Source: Ylistrum balloti (taxonomy: Eukaryota). Taken from it: a stretch of DNA of 64,000 nucleotides. Location of the stretch: positions 1,674,001 through 1,738,000 of the forward strand of contig NW_026782195.1 of NCBI RefSeq assembly GCF_031769215.1, read 5' to 3'. The translations under genes were made by a program, and so were the position numbers. Shown here piece after piece: positions 39,690 through 54,310 of this stretch. Positions within the stretch are counted from its first letter, which is position 1, and the number at the start of each line of letters is the position of its first letter. The notes under the pieces are model-generated. The model did not search any database. It saw nothing but the letters and a program-made list of their open reading frames with translations, and was not told the DNA's origin.

Positions 39690-40070
39690 TTAATAAACGG
39701 GTTCAGTCGGGTGTGACAATGTTTATATAGGGTATATCTTCCATGATTCTGCTACAATTCTTGTGTTCTGTCGATGGTACGCCAGCTAACACGAACATGG
39801 ACGTTCTTCTGTCCTTTCAGCCTGTTAGCAGTGATGAATGTCGTTCACCTTCCCTGTCTACACAGAAATATACCCTCTCTATATGTAGTCATTCGAGGTC
39901 TATCAGACCTGGGACACTCGTCAACATGGCCGGTTTGGTTCTGAAGCTGCATTCGCCCAAAAACAGCAGATTGGCTGACATTAAAATGTGTAACGTCTTG
40001 TCTGTATGTCATACCACCTTCAACCATGCCATCTTTCAGCATTTGTCAGTTTTCATCCTGCCATTTTCAA
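39690..40070 (-). mobile_element. Tc1/mariner transposase remnant (N-terminal HTH)
   Basis: KLTNAERW / GMVEGGMTYRQDVTHFNVSQSAV...QTGHVDECPRSDRPRMTT matches the Tc1-type pattern GM...VA.HFNVS.ST...TG.V.DRPRSGRPR.TT. It is frameshifted, and no catalytic domain was found. Confidence 0.8.
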
Positions 40071-43000
40071 ACACAGTTTGAGCGACTGTATGACGTATCA
40101 GTGATACACGTGCAAAGACTGCTTTGTTAGGGTATAGGGTACCTTAGTTTAAAATCCGGATTATCGTTGATTAGGTTGTATCGCTTGATGTGATACGGCA
40201 ACAAACTTTAAAGGAGACACTGCAATGACAAGGTGCATTTGAACAAAATGAAAATAGGTTTTAATGAATTTTTTCATACTGAAATAGATGGCCCATTTCG
40301 TAAGGTCAAGAGTATATAACGAATTGATCTACCGAAAGAACCAAACGAAAAATCTTCTGGGAGAAAGACTGTTTACAATCTCCTACATGTACATGGAAGA
40401 ATCGATTTTTCGTAGACCACGACAGAAGTCTCAAAACTTAAAAAAATGTGTTATCCTGCTCTAGGCTTTGTGTAGCCAAGGGTATCAAAGTTTGTAATGA
40501 AAGTCATTGTGCTTGTAAATTGTTTACACATTTCAGACACGTCGATGTTTTTGTTCGTCGACTTACAAAACCTCAATACTTAAATTCATAATACACGATT
40601 ATGCGTCATTTAAAATTCATGCCAAGGTATCTTTTGTTGTAGCCGATGGCTTTCTTATAAAGCAACGTATTAGATATCATAATTTCTTTTCTACTTTGCA
40701 TTACATTTTCTCATCACTAAATCAGTTTTCTGACACCATGTAACTGTTCCAAAAATACAATTCCTCATGTACAAAGGAATGTATATTTTTACGGAATGGT
40801 AGAAATTTGGCTATTATATTTTGTTAATTACTGTCTGTAAATTATACTTAACTCAAGTTGTATTTGATGTCCGTTAGTATGCCTGGTGGTTTCAACCCCA
40901 CTGTCCTAAGAGTCTTTTTCAGAAGGAGGCATAAATTGGGCTTTTCAAACATTCATGACGGATATTGTGATTGAAACAGGGAGCACTTACCGTTCTGTTA
41001 ATTTTCTTCCTGAATGAGTCCTTTTTGTTTAAATATTTTATGTTTCCCTGTGTCTTTCTTTCGTACATGACCTGTCTTTGTGTTTAATAGTATTACGTTT
41101 GAAATGCTGTTTGTTTTACACGTTGGTGTCATTATTTGGTGCTATTTGGTGCTATGTATACACCATGAAGCATTTAGGAGGACGGACAAACCTTATATGT
41201 TTATATTAGTTCCGAACAGAAATATTTCAGATACAGCAATTGGATTTGAGAGTGCTGAACCATGGGGAATTCCGATCATCATGATCAGAATGCATTACGT
41301 CTCTGGGCTAATCAATACGTTTTGGTGTTACAGGGGAGATGGCTTATCTCGACGGCCAAATCTTTAGCGGTAGAACATAATTAATTTCGGAATGTATGGA
41401 TTTGATTTTCAAACCCAAGTCTTTAAATCGATATTTAGTTAAAAAAAAAATTCAAGAATTTACATATAGGTGGCCATTTTGTCACATCCAATCCCAGAAC
41501 TACAACATTGATATATTATTGTCGTTCATTTAGTTTTAGTTGTAAAAAAAAAAACAAAAAAATATTGAAAATATTCGTTGGAAAGGAGATAATGATTTCT
41601 TAGTGATTGGTATAACAGCAAATTCTGCTAGGAGGAGAGGTCAGGTCATTAGAATAAATTCGCTCGACTGGTTTGACAACTTCTGTCGGATACATGGATA
41701 ATTTGGGAAATATATATACAACAGTTATACAGGTTTTGGAAATATAATATTTATTTCAAATACATCAAAAAGATCTTATCACTGCACTGCACTTTGGAAC
41801 GAGAACAAGAACAGGTTATTGTTAAAAATTGTTACAGGACGTAACTGATAGTAACATGATTGTAACAGGTAGTTACTTGTAGTAACAGGACGAAAGAATT
41901 ATATACTTACAAACCCATCATTAATCATTTTCAGTTTCATATACTTTAATATCACTGAAGCACAAAAAGAATTTTTGAAATCATATCCTTATCTAATAGA
42001 TTACAACTCCAGGGAATTTTCTTGTGTCTATAGTAACAGGATGGACACTCATGGACATATGTAACGTATATACTTATTAGTGTTGTGAATGAGACAGGTA
42101 GCGATATTAAAAAAGAACTGCATGAAGTGTGAAATCTTCAGCAAAGCATCCTATATATCGTCTCCTAAATACTTGTAAATATAGATCTGAATCAGGAGCT
42201 GGGCTAAGTTTAACAAAACGATAAATACATTAAAAATTATGTTACTTTTAATAGACAATGTAAGATACTTTAATAAACAATGAAACATGAATTAAAATGA
42301 AATATTTTTTATTTTTATTTTTATAAACAAGGATTTGGGTGATGTTTTTTTCAGCTTTAGTTAAAGTATATTATAGATATTTCAACAAATGCTGTTGATT
42401 TTCTGTGCTTCTCCTGTTATAACACAAATCTAAATAAACAACAACAAAAATCGACCCCAATGATAAACACAACGAAAGTCATGTTTACAAAACTGAAAGC
42501 ATTTCTGTATATTGTGTTATGAGACAACTAATACTTCTGTGACGTCACCATTTTCACGCTGCTGTCGCTCTGTTGTCACCAGATCCGAGATCTCGATCTC
42601 TCTCCTGTCACACCTGTAACTTTCTATCAAAAGTTACATATAATGATTTTGTATTAAAGTATTCTGAGTATTCTTTTGTCTGTCATTCAGAACTGGAGAG
42701 ACCATTTCGTGGATTGGGAGACTATCAAACAGACCTGCCTTTGATGATAGCAGGTACTTATCACCTGACGACATGTACAAATTTTCAAGTGTTTAACAAC
42801 AGCCTAGATAACGACATAAGTACTGATGAGGTGACCGACAAGTTTACTATAATCAGGGTGTATTTATGTGGATGTGTAAATATGATAAATATTTCTCCTA
42901 AAGATAAGACTACATAATAGCTGCTATAACATCATTACATTGAAATTAAACTCTCAACATCTGAAATACAATTTGAATTGCGTTCTATCCCATGTCTTTA

Positions 43001-44219
43001 CTCATACGGATCCTCAGAGTTTACACACAATTACACTTAAGATATATCGTATTACATGCGCTGTCAAGTACACCACACGAATCACATTACTATTTCAGTA
43101 GGCAAAAAAGACTCGCGTACATTTACATAAAACATCATTACATAATGGACATGAAGATATTACCTAAGTTATGTTTCCAGACATCCTGTTTGAAATCCTA
43201 GTAAAATTATCTCTATGCTTCTATGTCCTTGTCCAGAATCTGTGTTATTAATCTTAGGTCATACAGCTAAACATACATTTTAGGTTGGTTGACGGCGGCG
43301 TCCACTGATGATGGGCAATACGCGGATATTTTCATACGACAGTGGCGTCAAATAATGATAGGGCAACTGGCAGATTAAGTCAAATAAAACGACCTCGCCT
43401 TTCAGAGACTCCGTTCGAGAGCCCGAACGGACGTGAGGTCATCTGTCAGACCATTTGTTTTTCTCTCGGTGCTCGATTACTTCAAGGACAACAAGAGAAT
43501 AATTGAAACCACTTTGTTCCACAATTGTTCTAAGAATTTGTTAAGTTTATATTTCATATGTTCATACGGTTACATTACGGAGGCGTCTACTGATGGTGAG
43601 ACCTTAACGTCTAAAGTAGGCAACCAACCTCACTTGTATATAATTTGATACGGTTACACTTATCATTGTAAATACTTCCGTGTTGTCAATGTCAAAGGAG
43701 GGAAAACGCCTGATAGTGAATAACCTTGACCTATTTTTGTATATCATTTGTATTCATATTTATATATCATTGTCTTCGAGTGTATCTGTTTAATATTAAT
43801 TTTACACATGTAACTACAGTTCATATATGTTTATCTGTATAGAATAGAAGTTCTTATACCACAACCAGTAGAACATAATAGTATTGTATTAATGGTATAG
43901 TGAGAAGAAAATATATATTTGTACTTATTAGTAGACATCCGGTGCTTTCCCCTGATCAGTTTGTCTAACTACCGTGCGCGGTTTTCCTTACAGAGGTTTT
44001 CCCCTGAAGTACAGTATGATAACAAAAAGAGATATTCATTCTTTGCTCAAAAAAATGTCTCATTCTCATTCTTACACATCTTTATTTTAAGGGCTCATGC
44101 TTTAAATAAACGGCCTCTCCATCATTTCAGAGATGTGTCAAGATATAATTCCCGATTACCTTTAGTCAAAAATTTCCTTATGTTCATTCATACATATGTT
44201 TAATCCTAAAAGCTTGTGT

Positions 44220-45100
44220 TTAACACAGACGTCCTCCCCATTCTATTCCTAAAACCGTGTGATAAGGATTCAATAGGTTATTATTGTTCAAATTCTCATT
44301 CATTTCGTCACGAACGATTCTCTGGAGTATTTTCCCAGTGACTAAGTTTGGAATAATAGGTCGATGATTTTCCGCTTTCTTTTTATTGCCTTTTTTTTTA
44401 AATTGACGTAACGTTTCCTTTTTCAAATCCATTGAATTTTATTTTTTGTGTCTGGGTCTACTTGTTGAGAATAATTTTTAATATCTCATCTAGCTTTTCA
44501 AAAGTGTCCGATATAAACTTTGGGTGTATCAGGGTGATTTATTGCCCTCATCATCTTTCGGTTTCGATTTTTTTCTCCTGTGAAATCTATATTGTCTATA
44601 GGCGTGATCTCGCAATGGTTCATAGAGTCTGCTGACTCAATGGGATCCTCTTTTAAAAGACGCTTGTGAATTGCTTGTCTCAAGTTTCAGCCTTCTCTGC
44701 ATCTGGCGATGTGAGTTGACAACTGCCTTTTTACCGCCTGTGTTACTTTCTCCACGGTTTTCGAATTTTTCGGACATAATTCCAGAACAGTTTTGGTTAC
44801 CCATGGTTTTCTCTCTCGTGTACCTCTCATGTTTGTTATTACTGTGTCTTAAGTATTGGGTTAATATGTTTTGAGCTCAATGTTATTTGACGGAGTTATC
44901 ATTCGCCTTACATTAAATGTATTGTTTCCAGTGTCTTTTTCAATGACGTGTTGTTTATCAATTTTACGTCTCCCGTGCTCTTTTTTGCTTTTATTCCGTA
45001 TCATGAGGTGTCCAATTACTCTTAACATTATCCCAGAAAGGAATTCTGTAGATTCAGTGTTTGTTACATTCAGTTCCAATTTGTTTTGTGTAATTCGCCT
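44220..45100 (-). mobile_element. Decayed CR1/L2-type non-LTR retrotransposon ORF2 fragment
   Basis: NPKLFWNYVRK linker motif (44798-44766) and KKGNKKKAENHRPI...GKILQRIVRDEMNENLNNNNLL (N-terminal RT motif KKG....NYRPISL..V.GKILE.I). Multiple frameshifts. Confidence 0.82.
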
Positions 45101-45179
45101 CGAATGACCTTTGAAAGAGTTAAATATCTAATTGTTCGTTTTGGTAGCTGCAGTATTTGAAAAGGAGAGAGATATGGTC

Positions 45180-45990
45180 AAGGACTCCATGCAGAGAGTA
45201 AGGATTGTTACACAACAACAAAAGCTATCCGAATCTGAGTCCATGCCGAGAGTAAGGCTTGTTACACAACAACAAAAGCTATCTGGCTTGGAGTCCGTGC
45301 CGAGAGTAAGGCTTGCTACACAACGACAAAAGCTATCTGGCTTGGAGTCCACGCCGAGAGTAAGGCTTGTTACACAATAACAAAAGCTATCTGACTCGGA
45401 GTCCACGCCGAGAGTAAGGCTTGTTAACAACGACAAAAGCTATCTGGATTGGAATTCCAAGTCGAGAGTAAGGATTGTTATTACACAACAACAAAAGCTA
45501 TCTGGCTTGGAGTCCATGCCGAGAGTAAGGCTTGTTTCACAACAACAAAAGCTATCTGACTCGGAGTCCACGCCGAGAGTAAGGCTTGTTACACAATAAC
45601 AAAAGCTATCTGGTTCGGAACTCCATGTCGAGAGTAAGGCTTGGTACAAAACAATAAAAGCTATCTGACTCGGAGTCCACGCCGAGAGTAAGGCTTGTTA
45701 CACAATAACAAAAGTTATCTGGCTTGGAGTCCACGCCAAGAGTAAGGCTTGTTAACAACGACAAAAGCTATCTGACTCGGAGTCCATGCCGAGAATAAGG
45801 CTTGTTAACAACAACAAAAGCTATCTGACTCGGAGTCCATGCCGAGAGTAAGGCTTGTTAACAACGACAAAAGCTATCTGGCTTGGAGTCCACGCCGAGA
45901 GTAAGGCTTGTTACACAATAACAAAAGCTATCTGGCTCGGAACTTCATGCCCAGAGTAAGGCTTGTTACAAAACAACAAAGGCTATCTGG
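45180..45990. repeat. ~54-bp minisatellite, ~15 copies
   Basis: Unit GCCGAGAGTAAGGCTTGTTACACAACAACAAAAGCTATCTGGCTTGGAGTCCAT; period 54 (45245, 45299), with 52-bp variants. Confidence 0.95.
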
Positions 45991-47934
45991 ATCGGAGGTG
46001 ATTCCGAGCACGAGCACCAAAGGGGTCACAGTCAACAAGAATTAAGCAATAGAGATAAGAGATATATATCAATTTGACATGAAATCAGATAAGGGTGATC
46101 ACTGACACGGAGTCCATGTCGAGTGCATGTAACACACAATAATGGATCGTTATACATCATTATATATTAAGTTGATGTCAAATCATAAATTTGGTGTCAG
46201 TGGCCCGAAACCCATGCCGAGTGCGAGGACAGCGTACGGCCGAGTTTCTGATTATCACTTAGCAATTTCAGAAACTCAATTGATTTAAAGGGTCACAATT
46301 CGTGCCGTATTGAACGATGTTCTCCTTTCACTAATCGAAACGTATAAATATGCAGGGAGAAAACACAAATGGGATGGTCGTTTTCAAAATTTCCAATATG
46401 GCGACACTCGCCTTAAGCAATGCGAACTTTTACAGTTAAAGAGACCAACATTCAATTAGATTGGCAAAACAAACGATATGGAACTAAAAGGGAGGTTTAT
46501 ATAATATTTATGATAGCTAATTGATACCCAGCTAATTTAAGTCAGATTCTGACGAAATCTTTAGGGAGAATCACGATTCATATCTATCACAACAGGAAGA
46601 CATATGGGTTATTCCTACAATCAACAAAAACGTATTAAACCCGTCCGTTCAACCATCGTAAGCCACTTGTCTGTATATCTGTTCTCTGGATCGGACCTTT
46701 ATGCATTTTACAGATACATCACTCTGCGTTTTTAATGAACCGCCGAAGCCCCGAGGACAATTTGACAGCAGCACTACCGTCCTCTGTCATGTTTGTGGAC
46801 GTGGGTTCATTTTTAAACCTGATTTATGGTATTTTAAATAATCTGTCTTAAAATGTGGTTACATCTGTACAAGTAATTTCAATTCTGTACGTGTATAAAC
46901 ACTTTAAATTTGGGATTGTTTTTAAAAAAGTTTTTCACCTCTTCTATTCCAACGACTATATGTCAGGGATTCAGCTTAACAATTTGCACTTTGTCGATGA
47001 GGGCAGGATGAAACCAAAAGTCTTGTACCATAAACCCCTCTCTCTGACAATGATTGTCTAGGACTGACATGCACAAACTTCCTTCTCTTTATAACGTTAC
47101 TAATCTTTGAAACATCTTTCTTCCCTTAAACATTTTATTTAGATTTCTTTCCGGTATATTACACACTTAGAAATTTTTCCGATCTCAAAATTGATGTTTT
47201 TATTCAATGACTAATATCTAATATTATTTCCTTTTCAATTCTAATAGAAACTGTACTTAACAAACCGTATTTGTGAGTGATATTACCTTTCATTCTCACA
47301 CGCCATGTTTATATCTGAATCTTCATACCATGTACTTTATATCGAGTGTTTGTTTAACGTCAGTTACGTTAACTTTATATCACATTCCTGATATATAGTG
47401 CTTGTTTAATATCAGGATATTACGTTCCTGATATCTAATGTTTGTTTAAAGTCAGTTAACCTGATATTAAGTTCCTGATATCTAATGTTTGTTTAATGTC
47501 AGTAAACTTGATATTACGTTCCTGATATTTAGTGTTTGATATTAGCATCATGAAACATAAAAAAAAACCCTTGAAATGAAGTTGCTAACATCCGCCCGAT
47601 GTTGATTCATCAGTTCCGAAAATACGCGTGACGATGCATCCATCTTCTCCCGGGATTTCCTTTACGTAAAATCGATGTTTCTTCAAAAATCCACAGAAAT
47701 TAATCATTTATGGAAAACCCTGAAAAACTCCGAAGGATTTTCACAAAAAAAAAGACAACGATGTCTGTTTGAACTGTAAACAACATAGTCGGCATGCAAT
47801 TACAAACGATGTGTTTAGATATGATGGCGTCATTGTGAAGTTTTGTAGTAGTATAATGAAGAAAGACTTCCATGCCGTTCATATTTCACGTTTTGTTGAT
47901 GTAGAAAAAAAAATAAGTTACCGTGCTGTCTTTT

Positions 47935-50520
47935 GGTCATATGTTGGTGTTCTATGACTGTCCTGTGATTTTGTGTTGTAGTTCTATGACTTTCCGGAGA
48001 TCTTGTGTTGGTGTTCTATGAATGTCCTGTGATCTTGTGTTGGTGTTCTATGGCTGTCCTGTGATCTTGTGTTGGTGTTCTATGGCTGTCCTGTGATCTT
48101 GTGTTGGTGTTCTATGGCTGTCCTGTGATCTTGTGTTGGTGTTCTATGGCTGTCCGGAGATCTTGTGTTGGTGTTCTATGACTTTCCGGAGATCTTGTGT
48201 TAGTGTTCTATGGCTGTCCTGTGATCTTGTGTTGGTGATCTATGGCTGTCCTGTGATCTTGTGTTGGTGTTCTATGGCTGTCCTGTGATCTTGTGTTGGT
48301 GTTCTATGACTGTCCTGTGATCTTGTGTTGGTGTTCTATGACTGTCCTGTGATCTTGTGTTGGTGTTCTATGGCTGTCCGCAGAGATCTTGTGTTGGTGT
48401 TCTATGGCTGTCCTGTGATCTTGTGTTGGTGTTCTATGGCTGTCCTGTGATCTTGTGTTGGTGTTCTATGGCTGTCCTGTGATCTTGTGTTGGTGTTCTA
48501 TGACTGTCCTGTGATCTTGTGTTGGTGTTCTATGGCTGTCCTGTGATCTTGTGTTAGTGTTCTATGACTGTCCTGTGATCTTGTGTTGGTGTTCTATGGC
48601 TGTCCTGTGATCTTGTGTTAGTGTTCTATGGCTGTCCGGAGATCTTGTGTTGGTGTTCTATGACTGTCCTGTGATCTTGTGTTGGTGTTCTATGACTGTC
48701 CTGTGATCTTGTGTTGGTGTTCTATGGCTGTCCGGAGATCTTGTGTTGGTGTTCTATGGCTGTCCGGAGATCTTGTGTTGGTGTTCTATGACTGTCCTGT
48801 GATCTTGTGTTGGTGTTCTATGGCTGTCCTGTGATCTTGTGTTGGTGTTCTATGACTGTCCGGAGATCTGGTGTTGGTGTTCTATGGCTGTCCTGTGATC
48901 TTGTGTTGGTGTTCTATGGCTGTCCTGTGATCTTGTGTTGGTGTTCTATGGCTGTCCTGTGATCTTGTGTTGGTGTTCTATGACTGTCCGGAGATCTTGT
49001 GTTGGTGTTCGGAGATCTTGTGTTATGATGGCTGTCCTGTGATCTTGTGTTGTGTTCTATGGCTGTCCTGTGTCTTGTGTTAGTGTTCTATGGCTGTCCT
49101 GTGATCTTGTGTTGGTGTTCTATGGCTGTCCTGTGATCTTGTGTTGGTGTTCTATGGCTGTCCGGAGATCTTGTGTTGGTGTTCTATGGCTGTCCTGTGA
49201 TCTTGTGTTAGTGTTCTATGGCTGTCCTGTGATCTTGTGTTGGTGTTCTATGGCTGTCCGCAGAGATCTTGTGTTGGTGTTCTATGGCTGTCCTGTTGTC
49301 TTGTGTTAGTGTTCTATGGCTGTCCGGAGATCTTGTGTTGGTGTTCTATGACTGTCCTGTGATCTTGTGTTGGTGTTCTGTGGCTGTCCGGAGATTTTGT
49401 GTTGGTGTTCTATGGCTGTCCGGAGATCTTGTGTTGGTGTTCTATGGCTGTCCGGAGATCTTGTGTTGGTGTTCTGTGGCTGTCCTGTTGTCTTTTGTTG
49501 TAGTTCTATGGCTGTCCTGTTGTCTTGTGTTGGTGTTCTATAGCTGTTCGAAGATCTTGTGTTGGTGTTCTATGGCTGTCCTGTGATCTTGTGTTGGTGT
49601 TCTATGGCTGTCCTGTTGTCTTTTGTTGTAGTTCTATGGCTGTCCTGTGATCTTGTGTTGGTGTTCTATGGCTGTCCTGTGATCTTGTGTTGGTGTTCTA
49701 TGGCTGTCCTGTGATCTTGTGTTAGTGTTCTATGACTGTCCGGAGATCTGGTGTTGGTGTTCTATGAATGTCCTGTTATCTTGTGTTGGTGTTCTATGAC
49801 TGTCCTGTGGTCTTGTGTTGTAGTTCTATGGCTGTCCGGAGATCTGGTGTTGGTGTTCTATGAATGTCCTGTTATCTTGTGTTGGTGTTCTATGACTGTC
49901 CGGAGATCTTGTGTTGGTGTTCTATGGCTGTCCTGTGGTCTTGTGTTGTAGTTCTATGGCTGTCCGGAGATCTGGTGTTGGTGTTCTATGACTGTCCTGT
50001 GATCTTGTGTTGGTGTTCTATGACTGTCCTGTGATCTTGTGTTGGTGTTCTATGGCTGTCCTTTGATCTTGTGTTGGTGTTCTATGGCTGTCCTGTGATC
50101 TTGTGTTGGTGTTCTATGGCTGTCCTGTGATCTTGTGTTGGTGTTCTATGGCTGTCCTGTGATCTTGTGTTGGTGTTCTATGGATGTCCTGAGATCTTTT
50201 GTTAGTGTTCTATGGCTGTCCTGTTGTCTTTTGTTGTAGTTCTATGACTGTCCGGAGATCTTGTGTTGGTGTTCTATGGCTGTTCGAAGATCTTGTGTTG
50301 GTGTTCCAAGACTGTCCTGAGATCTTGTGTTGGTGTTCTGTGGCTGTCCGGAGATTTTGTGTTGGTGTTCTATGGCTGTCCGGAGATCTTGTGTTTGTGT
50401 TCTATGGCTGTCCGGAGATCTTGTGTTGGTGTTCTATGGCTGTCCGCAGAGATCTTGTGCTAGTGTTTTATGGCTGTCCTGTGGTCTTGTGTTGTAGTTC
50501 TATGGCTGTCCGGAGATTTT
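47935..50520. repeat. 32-bp minisatellite, ~80 copies
   Basis: Unit GTGATCTTGTGTTGGTGTTCTATGGCTGTCCT, with a frequent CCGGAGATC variant. Confidence 0.97.
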
Positions 50521-50839
50521 TTTATGGCTGTTTGTTGTTGACTATTCCGTATTTTGGGGTAAATATACTATGTTCCATACTTGTTTTTGTGATTCATGAC
50601 TTCTCGTGTGTGATGTATTTATCCTGGAGAGCGATTCTTGAGATACCGAAAACTGCTAACGCTCTCTAGGATATCGTTTGTGGACGGAATGTGTTTCCAA
50701 GTCTGAGATACAAAGAAATCAATCTCTTTTAATCTTGTTATTCACTCGATTTAAAGAGAGGTTTAGTAAAGCTGAATTTAGATTATTGTGCCAGTGATTA
50801 ATTTTGGAGAAAACTTTCACCTGTGTCGTGTTGTATGCA

Positions 50840-51125
50840 CGTGTTGAGATCCTAGACTCCATAGATCTCACGCGCATTGTGATCCTAGACTCCATAGATC
50901 TCACGCGCATTGTGATCCTAGACTCCATAGATCTCACACGTGTTGTGATCCTACACTCCATAGATATCATGCGCATTGTGATCTTACACTCCATAGATCT
51001 CACACGTGTTGTGATCCTACACTCCATATATCTCACACGTGTTGTGATCCTACACTCAATAGATCTCACGTGCATTGTGATCCTACACTCCATAGATCTC
51101 ACGCGCATTGTGATCCTACACTCCA
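50840..51125. repeat. 33-bp minisatellite, ~9 copies
   Basis: Unit GATCCTAGACTCCATAGATCTCACGCGCATTGT; period 33 (50881, 50914). Confidence 0.93.
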
Positions 51126-52744
51126 CATAATGAGATCCTTTTCTACATAAATATCCCCCATATCGAAATCCTTTTTTTCATAGATCACTCTCTTATCGAG
51201 ATCCTTAGATTCTGCTCTCAGTAAACCCCTAAGTACTGAGTTTACATAAACCATTTCACTATCATGAATTCTGACTATTTTGGAAATAGATACTTTTGGC
51301 TAGATCTTTTGTAAAGCTAAATCAATTATCCAAAAAATGCAACTTAGATGAATGTTTTCATATAGAAAAAATGTTACAGATGTGTCTCATTACGTCCTTA
51401 TTGCATCTAATCTACAGTTCCTAAGCCACTGCCCAGCCTCTCCAGCAGCACATTGCCATAGTCTCCCGACCGTTTTACCTGTAAAAACAATATGAATCTA
51501 TATATTGGTGTCCCTGTCAGGATGTCAGTCTAGAAAATGTGAACTTCCTATGAAACCTTACATTGAATTATATTTAATTATCTCTTGGAATATTATCATG
51601 TTTATATGTGTATAATTTAAAGAAACAAAATCATTTAAGACGATAATCATTTCCATAAATTGTTCGTGAATTAAAGATTATGTTTTATGTTATGGAATTT
51701 AAAAAAAAAATATATATATATCAGATTTTCGCTCGAAAATTGGAATTGAAAAGGAACACCTCCATTAATAACTATATGTAATTTAACTGGAAAGTTACGT
51801 TGTCGAATATTTAAAAATATCGCTGTATTTCACGAATAATGAAATTAAAAAAACAATTACGATAAATGTCTACCGTTCACAGACGACAATGGAATCTTAA
51901 GTAATGATTACTTTGAGAAGAAATTAAAAAAATCCCATCAACTTGTAACTTTTTTTTCTAGTTTGAACGTTATATTTTCTGGTTTCTGTATGGGAATGAA
52001 GACTTTTTTCATTGAATATTGTTTCTATGTTATCAGTGACGTATGTAAATATCTGAATTTTACGTTTACACTGGTTTGACGGATCAAATGAAATATTTTA
52101 TTGTCGCCATTATCATATACTGTAGAATGCGAGCTGGCCTTCCCGAGTTCGGCAACCGGATATAACCGGATACACCTACATACACATGAGTGATTTGAAT
52201 TAATATTTTTTTTATTTACTAAATGACATATCTTTTGTTCTTATGCGGTTTATATTTTTCAGCAGGTGTTAGTTAAATAGTATTTCTTAAAACACTTCCT
52301 TAATAACACGCGACATATATCCTGGTTGCGTTTTAGACACCAGTTCTGAACAAAAGGGGAAATTCAGTTTTCGCCTAAAGCAATCGAGGATCTGAAAAAT
52401 CGTATATACAGCTAGGTTATGTGGCATTTCTGAAACTATACGTGTTTTAGTGCCAAATTGTTCCTAATTGTCTTGGCTGAGAACGGCAGAGCTTTGTGTC
52501 TAGAAAGAATCGCCGTTTTATGACAGGAAAAGATATTTCAGCTATACATCTTACGATTTCATTCTCGTGATACCCTTCATAACCTTGGTTTAGCCCTTAA
52601 AACTACAAACATTACAAAACAATTCGTTGTCAATGGTTTTGCTATCATTACCGAAGACACATTTGTCTTGTTCCATGCATTAATGGCAGTTATTTCTCTG
52701 AAGTCTGCGGATGTAAGATACAATGTAAACTCAAAATCTCTTGA

Positions 52745-54310
52745 TACTAAACCGTCACAGGACATCATGTACAGTCTCTATTTCTGGATACTGTCACATG
52801 ATACCACGTACACTCTCTATTTCTGGATACTAAACCGTCACAGGACACCACGTACACTCTCTGTTTCTGGATACTAAACCGTCACAGGACACCACATACA
52901 CTCTCTATTTCTGATACTAAACCGTCACAGGACATCACGTACACTCTCTATTTCTGATACTAAACCGTCACAGGGTACCACATACCCCATCTATTTCTGG
53001 ATACTAAACCGTCACAGGACACCACGTACACTCTCTATTTCTGGATACCGTCACATGATACCACGTACACTCTCTATTTCTGGATACTAAACATGATACC
53101 ACGTACACTCTCTATTTCTGGATACCGTCACATGATACCACGTACACTCTCTATTTCTGGATACTAAACCGTCACATGATACCACGTACACTCTCTATTT
53201 CTGGATACCGTCACATGATACCACGTACACTCTCTATTTCTGGATACCGTCACATGATACCACGTACACTCTCTATTTCTGGATACCGTCACGTGATACC
53301 ACATACACTCTCTATTTCTGGATACTAAACCGTCACATGATACCACGTACACTCTCTATTTCTGGATACTAAACCGTCACATGATACCACGTACACTCAC
53401 TATTTCTGGATACCGTCACATGATACCACGTACACTCTCTATTTCTGGATACTAAACCGTCACATGATACCACGTACACTCTCTATTTCTGGATACCGTC
53501 ACATGATACCACATACACTCTCTATTTCTGGATACTAAACCGTCACGTGATACCACGTACACTCTCTATTTCTGGATACTAAACCGTCACATGATACCAC
53601 GTACACTCTCTATTTCTGGATACCGTCACATGATACCACGTACACTCTCTATTTCTGGATACCGTCACATGATACCACGTACACTCTCTATTTCTGGATA
53701 CCGTCACATGATACCACGTACACTCTCTATTTCTGGATACCGTCACGTGATACCACATACCCTATCTATTTCTGGATACTAAACCGTCACATGATACCAC
53801 GTACACTCTCTATTTCTGGATACCGTCACGTGATACCACATACCCTATCTATTTCTGGATACTAAACCGTCACATGATACCACGTACACTCTCTATTTCT
53901 GGATACCGTCACATGATACCACGTACACTCTCTATTTCTGATACCACATACCCTACTCTCTATTTCTGGATACGTACACTCTCTAACCGTCACATGATAC
54001 CACGTACACTCTCTATTTCTGGATACTATTTCTGGATACTAAACCGTCACATGATACCACGTACACTCTCTATTTCTGGATACCGTCACATGATACCACG
54101 TACACTCTCTATTTCTGGATACCGTCACATGATACACTCTCTACTGGATACCGTCACGTGTACACTCTCTATTTCTGGATACCGTCACATGATACCACGT
54201 ACACTCTCTATTTCTGGATACCGTCACATGATACCACGTACACTCTCTATTTCTGGATACCGTCACATGATACCACGTACACTCTCTGTTTCTGGATACA
54301 AAACCGTCAT
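52745..54310. repeat. 39/44-bp minisatellite, ~38 copies
   Basis: Unit ACCGTCACATGATACCACGTACACTCTCTATTTCTGGAT, with or without an extra ACTAA. Confidence 0.96.

Noticed and set aside
40206-40225. TTAA-AGGAGACACTG, like a Kolobok/piggyBac-type end
   Set aside because: No matching inverted terminus was found nearby.
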